Assembly: GCF_026210795.1 (NCBI RefSeq)
Contig: NC_089432.1
Coordinates: 372,001 to 436,000, forward strand
Direction of reading: 5' to 3'
Length of the DNA: 64,000 nt
Origin: Rhizophagus irregularis
Taxonomy: Eukaryota
Shown: positions 52,685 through 64,000 of the stretch, in pieces
How the letters are laid out: every line of letters starts with the position of its first letter
Position numbering within the stretch: the stretch's first letter is position 1
Notes under the pieces: generated by a model
What the model saw: the letters and a program-made list of their open reading frames with translations, nothing else
What the model was told of the DNA's origin: nothing
The model's database searches: none
Program-made: the position numbers and the translations under genes

Positions 52685-54951
52685 ATGCAAGCTGCTAACG
52701 ATTTAAGTGAATTGATTAAGGAAGCTATTTCTAGTAATTGTATAAAATTTTACGAATATAAAAATTTTTACAATGTTGAAAAAATTGGCAAAAGCAATTC
52801 TAGAAAAATTTATCGTACAAACTTGAAGAATTCAGAACAATATTTTACGTTAAAGTCATTTGACTTCGACGATATAACCATAAAAGAAATAATTCATGAG
52901 GTGAAATTACATAATTATTATAATAACAATATCTCGGTTTTTTTTTATATTTAAATATATTAATATCACTTACAGATTCATATAAAATATTTATAATTTA
53001 GTTTAAACTTCACCATAAAATCGTTCATAGAAATATTATTCAATTTTTTGGAATTACAGATAAAGGTATAAATTATTAAAAAAGATAGTGGTAAAAAAAT
53101 GTATTAATAAAATTAAAATTTCTCTTTAAAAATTAGAAAATGAAAACGACCAATTAGAAAAATATTTATTAGTAACGGAGTATGTTGGTGATATCACCCT
53201 TCAAAACTATTTGAAAGAAAATTATGAAAACCTTACTTGGGAAAATAAATACAAATTGGCCTATCAATTAGTTTGTACTATATCATATTTACATGATAAA
53301 GAAATTGTACATTGTGTTTTGGTAATACATTTATTTTATTGACTTTATTATTTTATTTGCAATTTATTTTTATTATTCGCTTATAATTTATTTCATATTT
53401 TATAATAGAATTCTAGTAATATATTAGTTTATAAAAATAATATCAAATTAATTGACTTTGGATTATCAAAGAGAATTAAGGAGGCATCCAATCAACATTC
53501 TGATTTGGTTGGTATGATTCCTTATATCGATCCAAAAAAATTTGTTAGTATTAAACCATACTCATCAAATAAGAAGAGTGACGTTTACAGTATTGGAGTT
53601 CTTTTGTGGGAGTTATCAAGTGGTCAATCACCATTTAAAGATGAAATGTATGATGCTAATTTAGCTACACAAATTTCGCAAGGATATAGAGAAAAAATTG
53701 TTCCAAATACTCCTATCAATTATTCTAATCTTTATACTGGTAAATATTAAATATATTTAACAATTTAATATTTTGAATTATTAATAATGATTGTTAATTT
53801 AATGTCTTATTTAATTAGAATGTTGGAACTGTGAACCAGATGATAGACCAAATATGGATCAAGTTATCGCTAAATTAAAAGCAATTATTACAAAATCAAA
53901 TGTAATAATGGAGGATTATTATCAAACAGATATTAATTATGAATTAAATCCTCAATTATCAATTAATAATCAAAATTATAATTTGGATTTACCACATGAA
54001 AATTTATCTCAAAACATTCAAAATTTCGATAAAATAAATACAAAAGAAATGGGACCTATTATTCAAAATATTAGTAAAAGTATTTTTGAAGAAGATTTAA
54101 GTATTATAGTCGATGAATTGGTTGATTTATATTTTAAAAAAGCGAATGAAGGAAAAGAAGAAATGATAAGAAGGCAAGCTATTTTTAATTGTATTGATAA
54201 TTATAAGTTGAATTCACAAGAAATCTATAATTGGCTTATTAATAATCAAAAAAAGTCAAATTATATTTATTTACTTGGATATTTTAATTATCAAGGAATT
54301 GAAGTAGAATCTAATAAACTAAAAGCATTTGAGTTATATAAGAAAGCATCAGATTTAAATAATAGTGCAGCTCAATATGACCTTATTAATATGTACATGG
54401 ATGGTGATGGTATTAATAAAGATCATAGAAAGGCATATAAATTATCCTTAAAATTAGCAAAAAAAAATTATTCAAGTGGAATAAATTTACTAGGATATTG
54501 TTTTTATAATGGAATTGGAACTAGTGTTAATGGATATCAAGCATTTACCTTATATAAAAAAGTTGCTGATTTAGAAAATTCAAATGGAATGAATAATTTA
54601 GGACTTTGTTATGACAATGGAATTGGAATTGAAGCTAATGAACAAAAAGCATTTGAATTATATCAAATGGCGGCAAATTTAGAAAATTCACATGGATTAA
54701 ATAATTTAGCTTGTTGTTACAAAAATGGATTGGGAACTGTTATTAATTATCAAAAAGCATTTGAATTATATCAAAAGGCAGCAGATTTAGGAAATACTTA
54801 TGGAATGTATAATTTAGGAAAGTGTTATGAAAAAGGAATTTTAGTTAAGAAAAATATAAATAAATCAATTTACTGGTATGAAAAATCTGCTATGCAAGGT
54901 CATGGTAATGCTCAATGTAAATTAGAAAAACTTTTAAAAAATATGGATTAA
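52685..54951 (+). CDS. Pseudokinase with 6 Sel1-like repeats; exons 52685-52900, 53002-53065, 53137-53321, 53409-53739, 53819-54951
   Basis: Same exon layout as its paralogs; catalytic loop HCVLNSSN; Gly-loop degenerate (IGKSNSRKIY). Confidence 0.9.
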
Positions 54952-55572
54952 AATATTTAAGATTTTGGGATTATATAATGAATCTTTGTGTAGTCTTGAA
55001 TATTAAATTTATTAAAATATTCCTAGTATAATAAAAATATTACAATATTATAAATATTACAATATATTGTATTTTACATATAATTTGTAAATTAACTTTA
55101 TGGAAAACTCTTTTCTTTAATCTTTCTAGTTCTATATTAATTTCAAGTGAACGTAAATTATTATAGTAACGTTTTTCTATGAATATACGCATCACTGTCA
55201 TTATAAGAATATAATTATTAACATAATTTCATCCTTCTTAAATTTTAATACAATATCTGTTTAATGGTAAGATTACAATCTTTAGTTCTTTCTGATTTTT
55301 ATGAACATTAAATCATACTTTTTTTACTAATTTGAAATATATATACAATATACATATTTGTTCTATCATCCAAAATGATCAAAGTTTGTGAAAATTTTAA
55401 ATTTTAATTTTTAAAAAATAAATGACTCTGTTTTGTACAAATTCCTGTTTGCAAAATCTAATAATGAAAAAAATGAGGACCATATTAATTTAATAAAATT
55501 CGGGGTTAATTACGATAATAATAAAAAGCTGTTTTTGCATCTCGCGCGTACTAAGTTCCCCACCCATAATAT

Positions 55573-56070
55573 AATGCCAAAACGACGTCTTATATCACCA
55601 GGTCGGTGTAATTGTTGAAAAATACCATTATGAGCCATATCCTCGCTATTGATGGCAGCCTTTACCAATTCTAAAGAAATACTGTACATCTTACTTTCCT
55701 ATTCAAGTAAAACAAACAATTAAGCAACGCTCAATAGTTGCTTGCAATAAAGACAATAATATATTTTTGCCAGGCTATGTATGTCTATGTAATGATATTA
55801 TAAGATTAGCAAACTATCCGACTAACGCTATATCTGAAGTTTACTCAAAATTTTTTGCAACAAAAACTCGCTATTCTGGCTTATTAATGATGGGACGAAA
55901 TGATGAAAATATAATAAATACTGTAAATGAAGTTGTTTCTTTTATTCCTCGTTTTTTTTTTTACTTGAAAAAATAAAAATATTTGTATATGGAGTGGGGT
56001 ATTCAACAAATATGGATTGGTATTAGGCTGGATCGGAATATAACTCTTCACTTCTTTATAATTTGATAGT
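55573..56070 (+). pseudogene. Degraded gene fragment, probably transposon-associated
   Basis: Broken frames MPKRRLISPG, PGYVCLC..PTNAISEVYSKFFATKTRYSG and IFVYGVGYS; family not identified. Confidence 0.35.
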
Positions 56071-56099
56071 AATAAAATAGTTTCTATAGCTTTTAAAAA

Positions 56100-57180
56100 A
56101 ATACGCTAACAACTAATGGACGCTCAAGTCAACAAACCAAAACAAGTTCATAGTAACGCTTAGGCGTTGATTATACCGTTACAATTAGGAAATATAAACA
56201 TTCTCTATCAATATAAGAGGTGAAATGGCTATTCTTGGATCACACTATCAACAAATACAAAGGAGTCTATTATAAGGAATATAAAAACTTTAAGTTTGAC
56301 ATAATACATTCATACAAACAAATAGAACGTTAGAATCGTATTACTCGGCTTCATTAGAGGAAAGAACATAAAGGTCATTAGCACCTTTCTCGTATACACC
56401 AGCAACTACGAATAAAAATGCTTTTTGCTAAAACAAATTCAAGACTTTCTTACAACCACCATTATCTCGAGAGGCGAAATGACAAAAATGTAGAGAAAAT
56501 TTTCGTCGGAAATTAAAAAAAGCAAAAAAGCCAGTTATGACGGCTATCAGCTTAATCTTAAATCAAGGAAGCAGAAGTGTTCGAACTCGCCAAGATCGTC
56601 GTAAGAAAAAAGATAAAGAAAGACTTTCTCAACTTACTCCTATTGCCCTTAAGGCCCTATTCGAATTATCGAAAAGCTCACTGACCTAAGAATACTAATG
56701 TTAGTTTGACATTTCAGCATCAGATCAAGAAATTCTCAGTCAACCTAATGTCTATTTAAGATGTCGACCAAATTATTCTTCTCCAAACGCTTCTGATGAA
56801 GAGGTTTCTTTCTCCACTTTACACTGGCACAACATAATTAGGAGTATTATCAAAAAAATTGCCCTCTTCTAAATAAACCATTCCGTACTTGTCAGTATTT
56901 ACATATGGTACCTTTGATGAAAGAAAAATACGGATAAATTAAAGTTTTTTGTTTTACTATGAATTTCTTTTTTCATTGGTTAACCCCTTTGTGTTAGGTA
57001 TCTTAGCGGCGTAGTCTCTCCAACGATAGCTGGTTTGATTCTTTTTTTTCTTTTTTTCTTTTTTACACAAAGAAAGAGTGAGCCTCTTATGAGCACTGAA
57101 TTTATTTATACCTCTAGTTAGAATTCTTCACAAAATTAGTAAGGTTTCATCCTTTTTGAATAAAATAAAAAAAAAATAAA
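56100..57180 (+). mobile_element. Probable non-LTR retroelement relic with 3' UTR and A tail
   Basis: Intronless degraded coding-like sequence followed by a UTR-like segment ending TTGAATAAAATAAAAAAAAA; no RT motif seen. Confidence 0.45.
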
Positions 57181-58268
57181 ATTTATTAATTAGATCAAAA
57201 AAAAATAAATAAATAAATATTTTGATGAAAATCCTAATTTTTAGTAGTTTTGGTCAAAATTAAACTTCAAACCATCCAGAACAGGATCGTGTGTTATTTA
57301 CCGTTAAGTAAATAATGTTCAGGCAAATGTGGTACTAAGGTACTAATTTGTCAAGTGCATTCATTCCTTTTATCATACTTTTACAACATAAAATTTAGTT
57401 TTTATCATATCTATCATATAATCAATACAAAAATGAACAAAATATAAAATTTTGATGGAATATAAGAATACAACTTTGGAAATTATATATGTTGATAGTA
57501 GTAATACAAATATTTGAATACATACACATCTACAATAAAATGATTGTTCATATTAATTATTAATTTAGTTAGTTTTTCATCAGCTTCTAATTAGATCATA
57601 AGCTAAAAAAAGTATAAATTTATGTAATTTTTTTTTAATAAAAATAGTCCTCTGATTTATTTTTTATTTTTTTTATAAATCAATCAAATACATTAAATAC
57701 TGTATATTAAATATTTAAATTACTATGTACTGTTTGTTTGTCAACTTCATAGCCTTAGCGATAGTTTCAGGAGAAGCTTATGAATCGTCATTTAACTTAT
57801 ATTGTTTAAACTTATTAACTTTTTTTTAATACTGTAAATCGTGTTTTTTTAATTTGCCAAAAAAAATGGTTTTTATTTTGGAAATTTACGATCTAAATAA
57901 TTTCATTTTTTTCAACTAGATAATAAATCACGTCATTGATAGGTTTTTAGTAAATAAATTTTAACAAATTTATTGATAATTTTTTATAAACACAATACAA
58001 AAATTTTTCTTAATAAGTAAATACGAAATTTTTAATAAGTAGAGGTTTCTTAATAATATTATATAATACTAAGATTTCTTTTTAATAAACGATTTTTTTC
58101 TTAAAGATTACCATAATTAGAAATTCTGATTGAAATCTGAATCGGACTTTTGTGAAGGATTCCAATCTAGAAGACCGTTAAATAAGGAAATTTATATTAA
58201 ATCCAAATCATAAATAATTCTTTCAATCTCTGATTGCAAAATACAAATACAATTAAAATAAATAATTA

Positions 58269-58458
58269 CCGTAAAGTCCCGAATATAAGCAACCTTTTTT
58301 TGTTATAGGGGTGCTTATATTTGGGTAAATTTATATATTTGGTATATTGTAGTATTGGCCAAAATTATCATAGTGTTGGTCAAGGGTGCTTACTTTCGGG
58401 TAATATAAAAATCTGGGGGTGCTTATATTCGGGGGTGCTTATAATCGGGACTTTACGG
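58269..58458. mobile_element. Tc1/mariner-pogo-type MITE with TA TSD
   Basis: TA-CCGTAAAGTCCCGAATATAAGCA ... TGCTTATAATCGGGACTTTACGG-TA; internal GGGTGCTTA repeats. Confidence 0.92.
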
Positions 58459-58503
58459 TACATAATAAGCATAAATACGATATCTTTTATACTTTAATTG
58501 AGA

Positions 58504-60126
58504 TTAATTACTTTCTTCTATAATAAAAGATAGTTTTAATTAAAATTTAATAAATCAAAAAAAAAATCACATACAAAAGTAATTACCTTTAGAATTAATA
58601 TCAAGTTTAGTAAAATCCATTTTTAAGGAATCTATAAATGTTAGTTGTTAGCATTGTAAAATAAATTTAAATTATTACAGAAAACTATATATATTTACCT
58701 GAATATTCTATTAAATCATTATTATTATCGGCATTTTTTGGTTCTGGAAGATTTTTAAAATCTAAAAGTCTACTTGTGTAAACTGCTTGAGGATGTGTCA
58801 TATATGATATAGTACCGGTAGATATTAGAGGTGATGAAATAGATAACTTTTTATTAATATCATCTGCTTCTTTAACTTGCCCATAAATTACAGAATCCAT
58901 TTTATTGCAAATATCATCCCATAAATTCAAAAATAAATTATTTAATTCAGATGCATTAGGTCGTTTTAAAGGGTCTGCATCCCAACATTGATTAATAATG
59001 TCAAAAATTAATTGAGGAATTTTATAATTAGACTTTGGCCTCAACCCTTTACAAATTTTCATTGCTAAAAATTCATCATGAGCTATATCATAATAAGGAG
59101 GGAAACCTGTACAAATTTCATATGCAATGATTCCAAATCCATAAATATCGCTTTTTTGAGTATATTCTTTTCCTCTTAAAACTTCCGGAGCTACATAAGG
59201 TAATACTCCATATATTTTTTTATTATTATTTTGAGAGGATTTGACATTTGCCGGTTGACTTAATCCCAAATCAGTAATAAAAGCCATGTCGCTAAAATCG
59301 CTTAATATATTTCCACAATGAAAATCATGACGAATTAATCCTTTTTTATGAATATCATTAAGACCATTTACAATATGAAGTAAATTCCACAACTTTTTTT
59401 CCCAATCCAGTGAAATGAAGTTGTTATTTAAATGTTGTCTTAAGCTACCATTTTTTAATTCCATTACCATCATAAAATTATTTGTTTTTGGATCTTTGGT
59501 AATACCAAAACAACGAACTATCCAACCAGAATCATATACTAAAATGTTTGATTCAACCTTAAAAGAAAATTATAGTTAGTTTAACATTTATAAAGGCTAA
59601 TTTAAATTTAATGAAAATAACTTACTTCTTTTAAGAATTCTGTCGTAATACCTTGTGAGTTATGTAAACACTTTAAAGCAACTTTTGTTTCACCTTCCCT
59701 TTCCAATTGAGAATTATTTATTGTCCAAGGACCATCTTTCCAAACTGCTTTAAAAGTAGTTCCAAATCCCCCTTTTGCTAAATATTCAACATCTTCAAAT
59801 TTATCATATTCAATCCATTCTATAACACTTTTGAGTTTTTCAGCTTTTAATTGTGCTTTTTGAATAAATTCATCAACGACATGATTTCCACTTGTCCAAT
59901 TTTTGAAATTTTGTTTAAAATATTGTGAATCACATAACCGACAATAATTATAACTAGTTTTAGGCTGCTTACAATTTTTACATAACCCATTATTTTTATA
60001 TCGTTCATTTAATTCTTTGTCTATTATTAGTTCATCAATTAACGATTTTTGTTCTTCAGTCAAATGATCATGATCGAACTCTTTTATTTGCTCAAATACA
60101 TCATCACTTAGTTTAATTTCATCCAT
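58504..60126 (-). CDS. Tyrosine-kinase-like protein kinase; exons 60126-59626, 59557-58699, 58631-58588, 58517-58504
   Basis: CKNC..CRLC N-terminal motif, AKGGFGTTF, VALK, RHDFHCGN, DLG, PYVAPE and SDIYGFG; splice phases are consistent. Confidence 0.92.
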
Positions 60127-61669
60127 TTTAATAAATAATTTATTAACAGTTAAACAAAAAATATGTTATTAATTTGTATGTAAAATTACAAAAAGTAAAT
60201 TGAAAAAAGAATAAAAAAAAATGGTGAAACGTTATTTTATGTTGAATGCTTTCAAGATCGGCAACAAAATTATAAAAAAGGACTAGTTCTAATTAGATGT
60301 GATAAATAATGTGCAACATGAAACATATGATGCGTCTGCACCTGATCTATTACATTTGATTGGCTATCATGTCATACCCGACCGTCCCGTCGTCCTGCTA
60401 AGGAATTTTTGATTGGATAATTTTTAGTCTAGATATCTTATTTTCTTTTTCCAAGACTTTTTTTTATTTTTATTCCTTTCAGCCTTTCCCTTAATGGTTA
60501 AACCAACTAAATCTATTTAATAATTTTTTTATTTTTTTCCAATTAAACCGAAATTTTTTTTGGTTTTTCTTTAACGGTTAAACTGAGATAATGGTTAAAC
60601 CATAATTCAATTTTTTTTTCTTTCCATTTTTCCGATTTTATAAATCAAATTTTTTTTTAATTTTTTATTAAATTTTTTTGGTCTTTTTAAAAACCGGATT
60701 TTTAAACTTTTGTTAAACTTTTATTTTTCTTTTTCCGATCTATTGAAAATCGGATTTTTTTAATTTTTTATTAAATTTTTTTATTTATCCATTTTTTCTA
60801 ATCTTTTATTACAGTAAATTTATTTATTTTTTTTTAATTATTTAAAATTTTTTTTTTATTCTCTGGTTTTTCAAAATCGAAATTTTTATTTTTTAATATA
60901 TCTAATATTTCTTTCTTTTTTTTGGGCTGGAATTTTTATTTTTTTTGTTCATTCCAGTTTTTGTTAAGCCCATGGTTTTTTTTATTCTTTCAACTTTTAG
61001 GTTGGATCAGTGATCAGATTGACGCTGCAACACCTTTTTTCCTCATTTTTTTTTAATTTTTATTTTTATTTTACTAATATTTTCTAATGGTTTTTTTTGA
61101 TCTTTTGCCTTTCAGGCAAGTATTGTAATGTAATCAAAATAAATATTTTTTTTTTAAATATATTTTATATGATTTTTATTTAGGTAATATGATTATTAAA
61201 AAGTAATTTGAACACTATACCGGGGAATACCAGTATCTAATTTTATCATATCATATGATTTCATGTGGAACTATAATAAGCTCAATTTATCTATAAACAT
61301 TTTTGTTGAACTTCGGTTCAAAAAAAGAATTATACGAACACCTTCATAGTATGAGGTTTCCACTAGTTATCTCCGGGACTTAGTTTACAGTTTTATATTT
61401 GTATTACTTTCGATTCTATTATAAAACATTTTTTCATTTTTCACGAATTTTACTCTCATTTCTCATGATTTTTTTCATTTTTACATTTCTTTCTCATTTC
61501 CCATGAATTTTCTTTTAATTTTTTTTATTTCTTACAACTTTCTTTTCATTATTTACAAATTTTCACGAACTCTCCTCGTGAATTCCCTTTAACCAAATAC
61601 CATGGATAATAATTGACATATTGGTGAAGAATTAGGAATGTAGGATTGGATTAAGGTGCAGAATTAGGG

Positions 61670-61790
61670 TAGAGATTGGAATCGATTCTATCAAAATCGA
61701 ATTAATCGAAACTAATCGATTTAAATCGATTATCGAATAAAAAATCGCGACCAGACTTACGACATTGTAAATCATGAGAGTTCGGATAAT
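61670..61790. mobile_element. Possible hAT-like terminus with ATCGA subterminal repeats
   Basis: TAGAGATTGGAATCGATT followed by several AATCGA motifs; no partner end found. Confidence 0.35.
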
Positions 61791-61999
61791 CAGCACTTTT
61801 TTAACTATTATTTTTTTCGACCAAAGAGATGATTTTCCATTTTCTGTCTTTTAAAGTTATTTTTACTATTTCCGTTGGGCATTAATTAATTTTCCGTTAT
61901 CACACTCAACTCGAAAAACATTGTTCTTTAACCGCTGTTTTACTGTACTATAAATCCTTAATTTTGGCCGGTTCTGTAAATCGGCCTATATGTGTAGTT

Positions 62000-63020
62000 G
62001 TGTACGATTCAAATTTCAAAGTTGTACAAGACTTAAAGTTGTACGAAAATATTTTAGATTTTGGCTATCAAAATACAGGTATTAAGTAAAGTAGTACTGT
62101 ACGTAATACAAATTCAGACGGACTTTAATCCTTTTTGTTCGTACGTACGTTTCTAATAGATAGATTTTTTTATACTAGTACGTACGAATGCTTTAAAAAT
62201 TTTCGTACGACTTTGAATTTTCGTACAATTTTGAATTTTCGTACATGTTTTGTTTTTTTAATAAAATACTTTATGTTAAAATATAAATATATCAATTATA
62301 CTCTTTGAAATAAGCTTATATATTTCTATTTCTTTAATAATATTCAGCTCTATAATAATAAAATTGACTCATAAAGTCATAATAATTATATAAACCTGTT
62401 CAAATTCAGAATTTATCAATTCAATTGGAAAGTCTTCAACATCAGAATATTTACAATTATTTTTCTTCTTCAAAGCAGTAAAGATTAAAAAGAAATATTT
62501 ATGACAAATATAATAAACAAAACGTTAAAATCATTACATTACAAATATATAAAAATTATGTTACTCAAACATTATGTAATTGTAACATTTTCATTATCGA
62601 AAGTTCTATCACATGATGCTACGATGTAAAATTATTAGTACGGAAAATAAAAATTTATTTTTAATAGTCCGTCTGAGTACGGAAAAATTAAAAAAAAAAT
62701 TTCGAACGTCTGTCCAAATTTGTAGTACCGTACAGTACTATTTTAATATATATTCTCAAAATACAAGGGCGTACATCTGAACTTGCATCAACGTACAGTT
62801 GTACAGTTTATTTATTATCTCATTACCTTGATCTGCATCAGGGTAACAGCTGTGTTAGCTGTGTAAAGTAAAGTAGTACAGTATGTTAGTCTAAATTCGT
62901 ACGTACGCGCTTAAAATCAATCAGTACATACGGTTACAAATGCTAAAAAATTTCGTACTAGTACAAATATTCTGAAACTTTTCGTACATTATTTTTTTTC
63001 ATACATTATTTTTTTCTGTA
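62000..63020. repeat. GTAC/CGTAC-rich subterminal repeats with an internal inverted repeat (DNA transposon end or MITE cluster)
   Basis: TAGTACTGTACGTAATACAAATTCAGACGGAC (about 62092) is imperfectly inverted at about 62708-62740; a direct copy is near 62870. Confidence 0.5.
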
Positions 63021-63199
63021 CATTATTTTTAATATCATTTTTCATGGGTTATTTTTCATATTTACTTTACAATTATAAATTACAAAGAATATAAAAATTA
63101 TAAAACTGCTAAAAATTATAAGGCTAAAGCTGCTGTTTCATTTCTAAGCTTTACTACATTCTAATAATGCCTAAGAATATAATAATTATAAAGCTAAAC

Positions 63200-64000
63200 C
63201 CATGTTTATTTTAGCTACCGATTTTGTAATTCAATAGCTTCTGCTTCCGCCACTTCTTTTCAAGCTTTGCTTGACGTGACGACGTGACGTTCTAATAATG
63301 TCAATTTTCTTTCTTTAAGTTCAAATTTAACATAACTTCATTTTCTTTATTAATTGAGCTTGTAGATGACCTTCCCAAATTTTCAACCCTAATTCCATTA
63401 TTTATATTTTCTAAATTAGTAGTATTAGATACTGTTTCTGCTAAAATGTTGTTTGTTATTTGGGAATTTGTATCATACCGTAATCTTTTTCATTAGAATT
63501 TATAGAAGTTGTTTTTTTTTTACATGAATTTTTGGTCTCATCTTTTTTGTTATATTTTGCAGCTAAATTAATAAATGTATCAGTATATTTAAACATACAT
63601 ATTAATTTTGTAATATTAATAATTAATATTTACCTTTACGATTTGATGCAATTTGCTGCCTTTTGACTTCGCTTTTATCACATCTGGTATATGGTATGCC
63701 TGAATTGTCTTGGGTACTTTTAATTTTTAATAACTTTTCATCATGCCTTTTACCACTAAAAAAAAAATTAACAATCATAAAAATAATATAAACAAATAAT
63801 TAATAACAATACATAGAAGTAAATAGCTGATAACAATTTTAACTGTTTTCCTTCTCTATTAATTAAAGCATGGGCTGCTTCCGCCGCATTAGTATTATTT
63901 CCATATTTTCTCCAAATTTGACGCTCCATTTTTGACATATTTATATTTAAAGATGAAATTATTCATGGATTCTTATAATATTTTGCCTAATCTAAATAAT
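63200..64000 (-). mobile_element. Spliced DDE (MULE-like) transposase C-terminal relic, running off the window
   Basis: D*AKYYKNP*IISSLNINMSKMERQIWRKYGNNTNAAEAAHALINREGKQLKLLSAI (TNxxE motif), followed by exon GKRHDEKLLK..GIPYTR. Confidence 0.55.

Noticed and set aside
59322..59340. RHD instead of HRD as a sign of a dead kinase
   Set aside because: The catalytic Asp and Asn, the VALK Lys and DLG are all retained.
61630..61670. Telomere-like TTAGGG
   Set aside because: One exact copy among degenerate motifs; not an array.
1..64000. tRNA or rRNA genes
   Set aside because: None recognised by eye; a tRNAscan-SE or Infernal run would be needed to exclude them.

Overview
AT-rich, intron-containing eukaryotic DNA. 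Its gene content (expanded tyrosine-kinase-like kinases, kinase-Sel1 fusions, BTB-BACK-TLDc genes, a Crinkler-like gene) is typical of an arbuscular mycorrhizal fungus (Glomeromycotina, Rhizophagus-like); the organism is my inference. Apparently intact genes: a bZIP factor, one BTB-BACK-TLDc gene, a four-exon CRN-trypsin-like serine protease, three kinase-Sel1 genes (two lack the catalytic Asp) and two other kinases. Between them are pseudogenes (BTB, kinases, HSP20, three PD-(D/E)xK-type nuclease relics), LINE, hAT and MULE-like relics, and several MITEs. The most unusual structure is at about 21.4-24.8 kb: a minus-strand chain of non-coding micro-exons whose largest predicted intron is bracketed by a perfect 21-bp inverted repeat and holds 15 copies of a 31-bp hairpin with alternating spacers. 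Exon boundaries were read by eye from GT-AG sites and frame continuity; no database searches were run.
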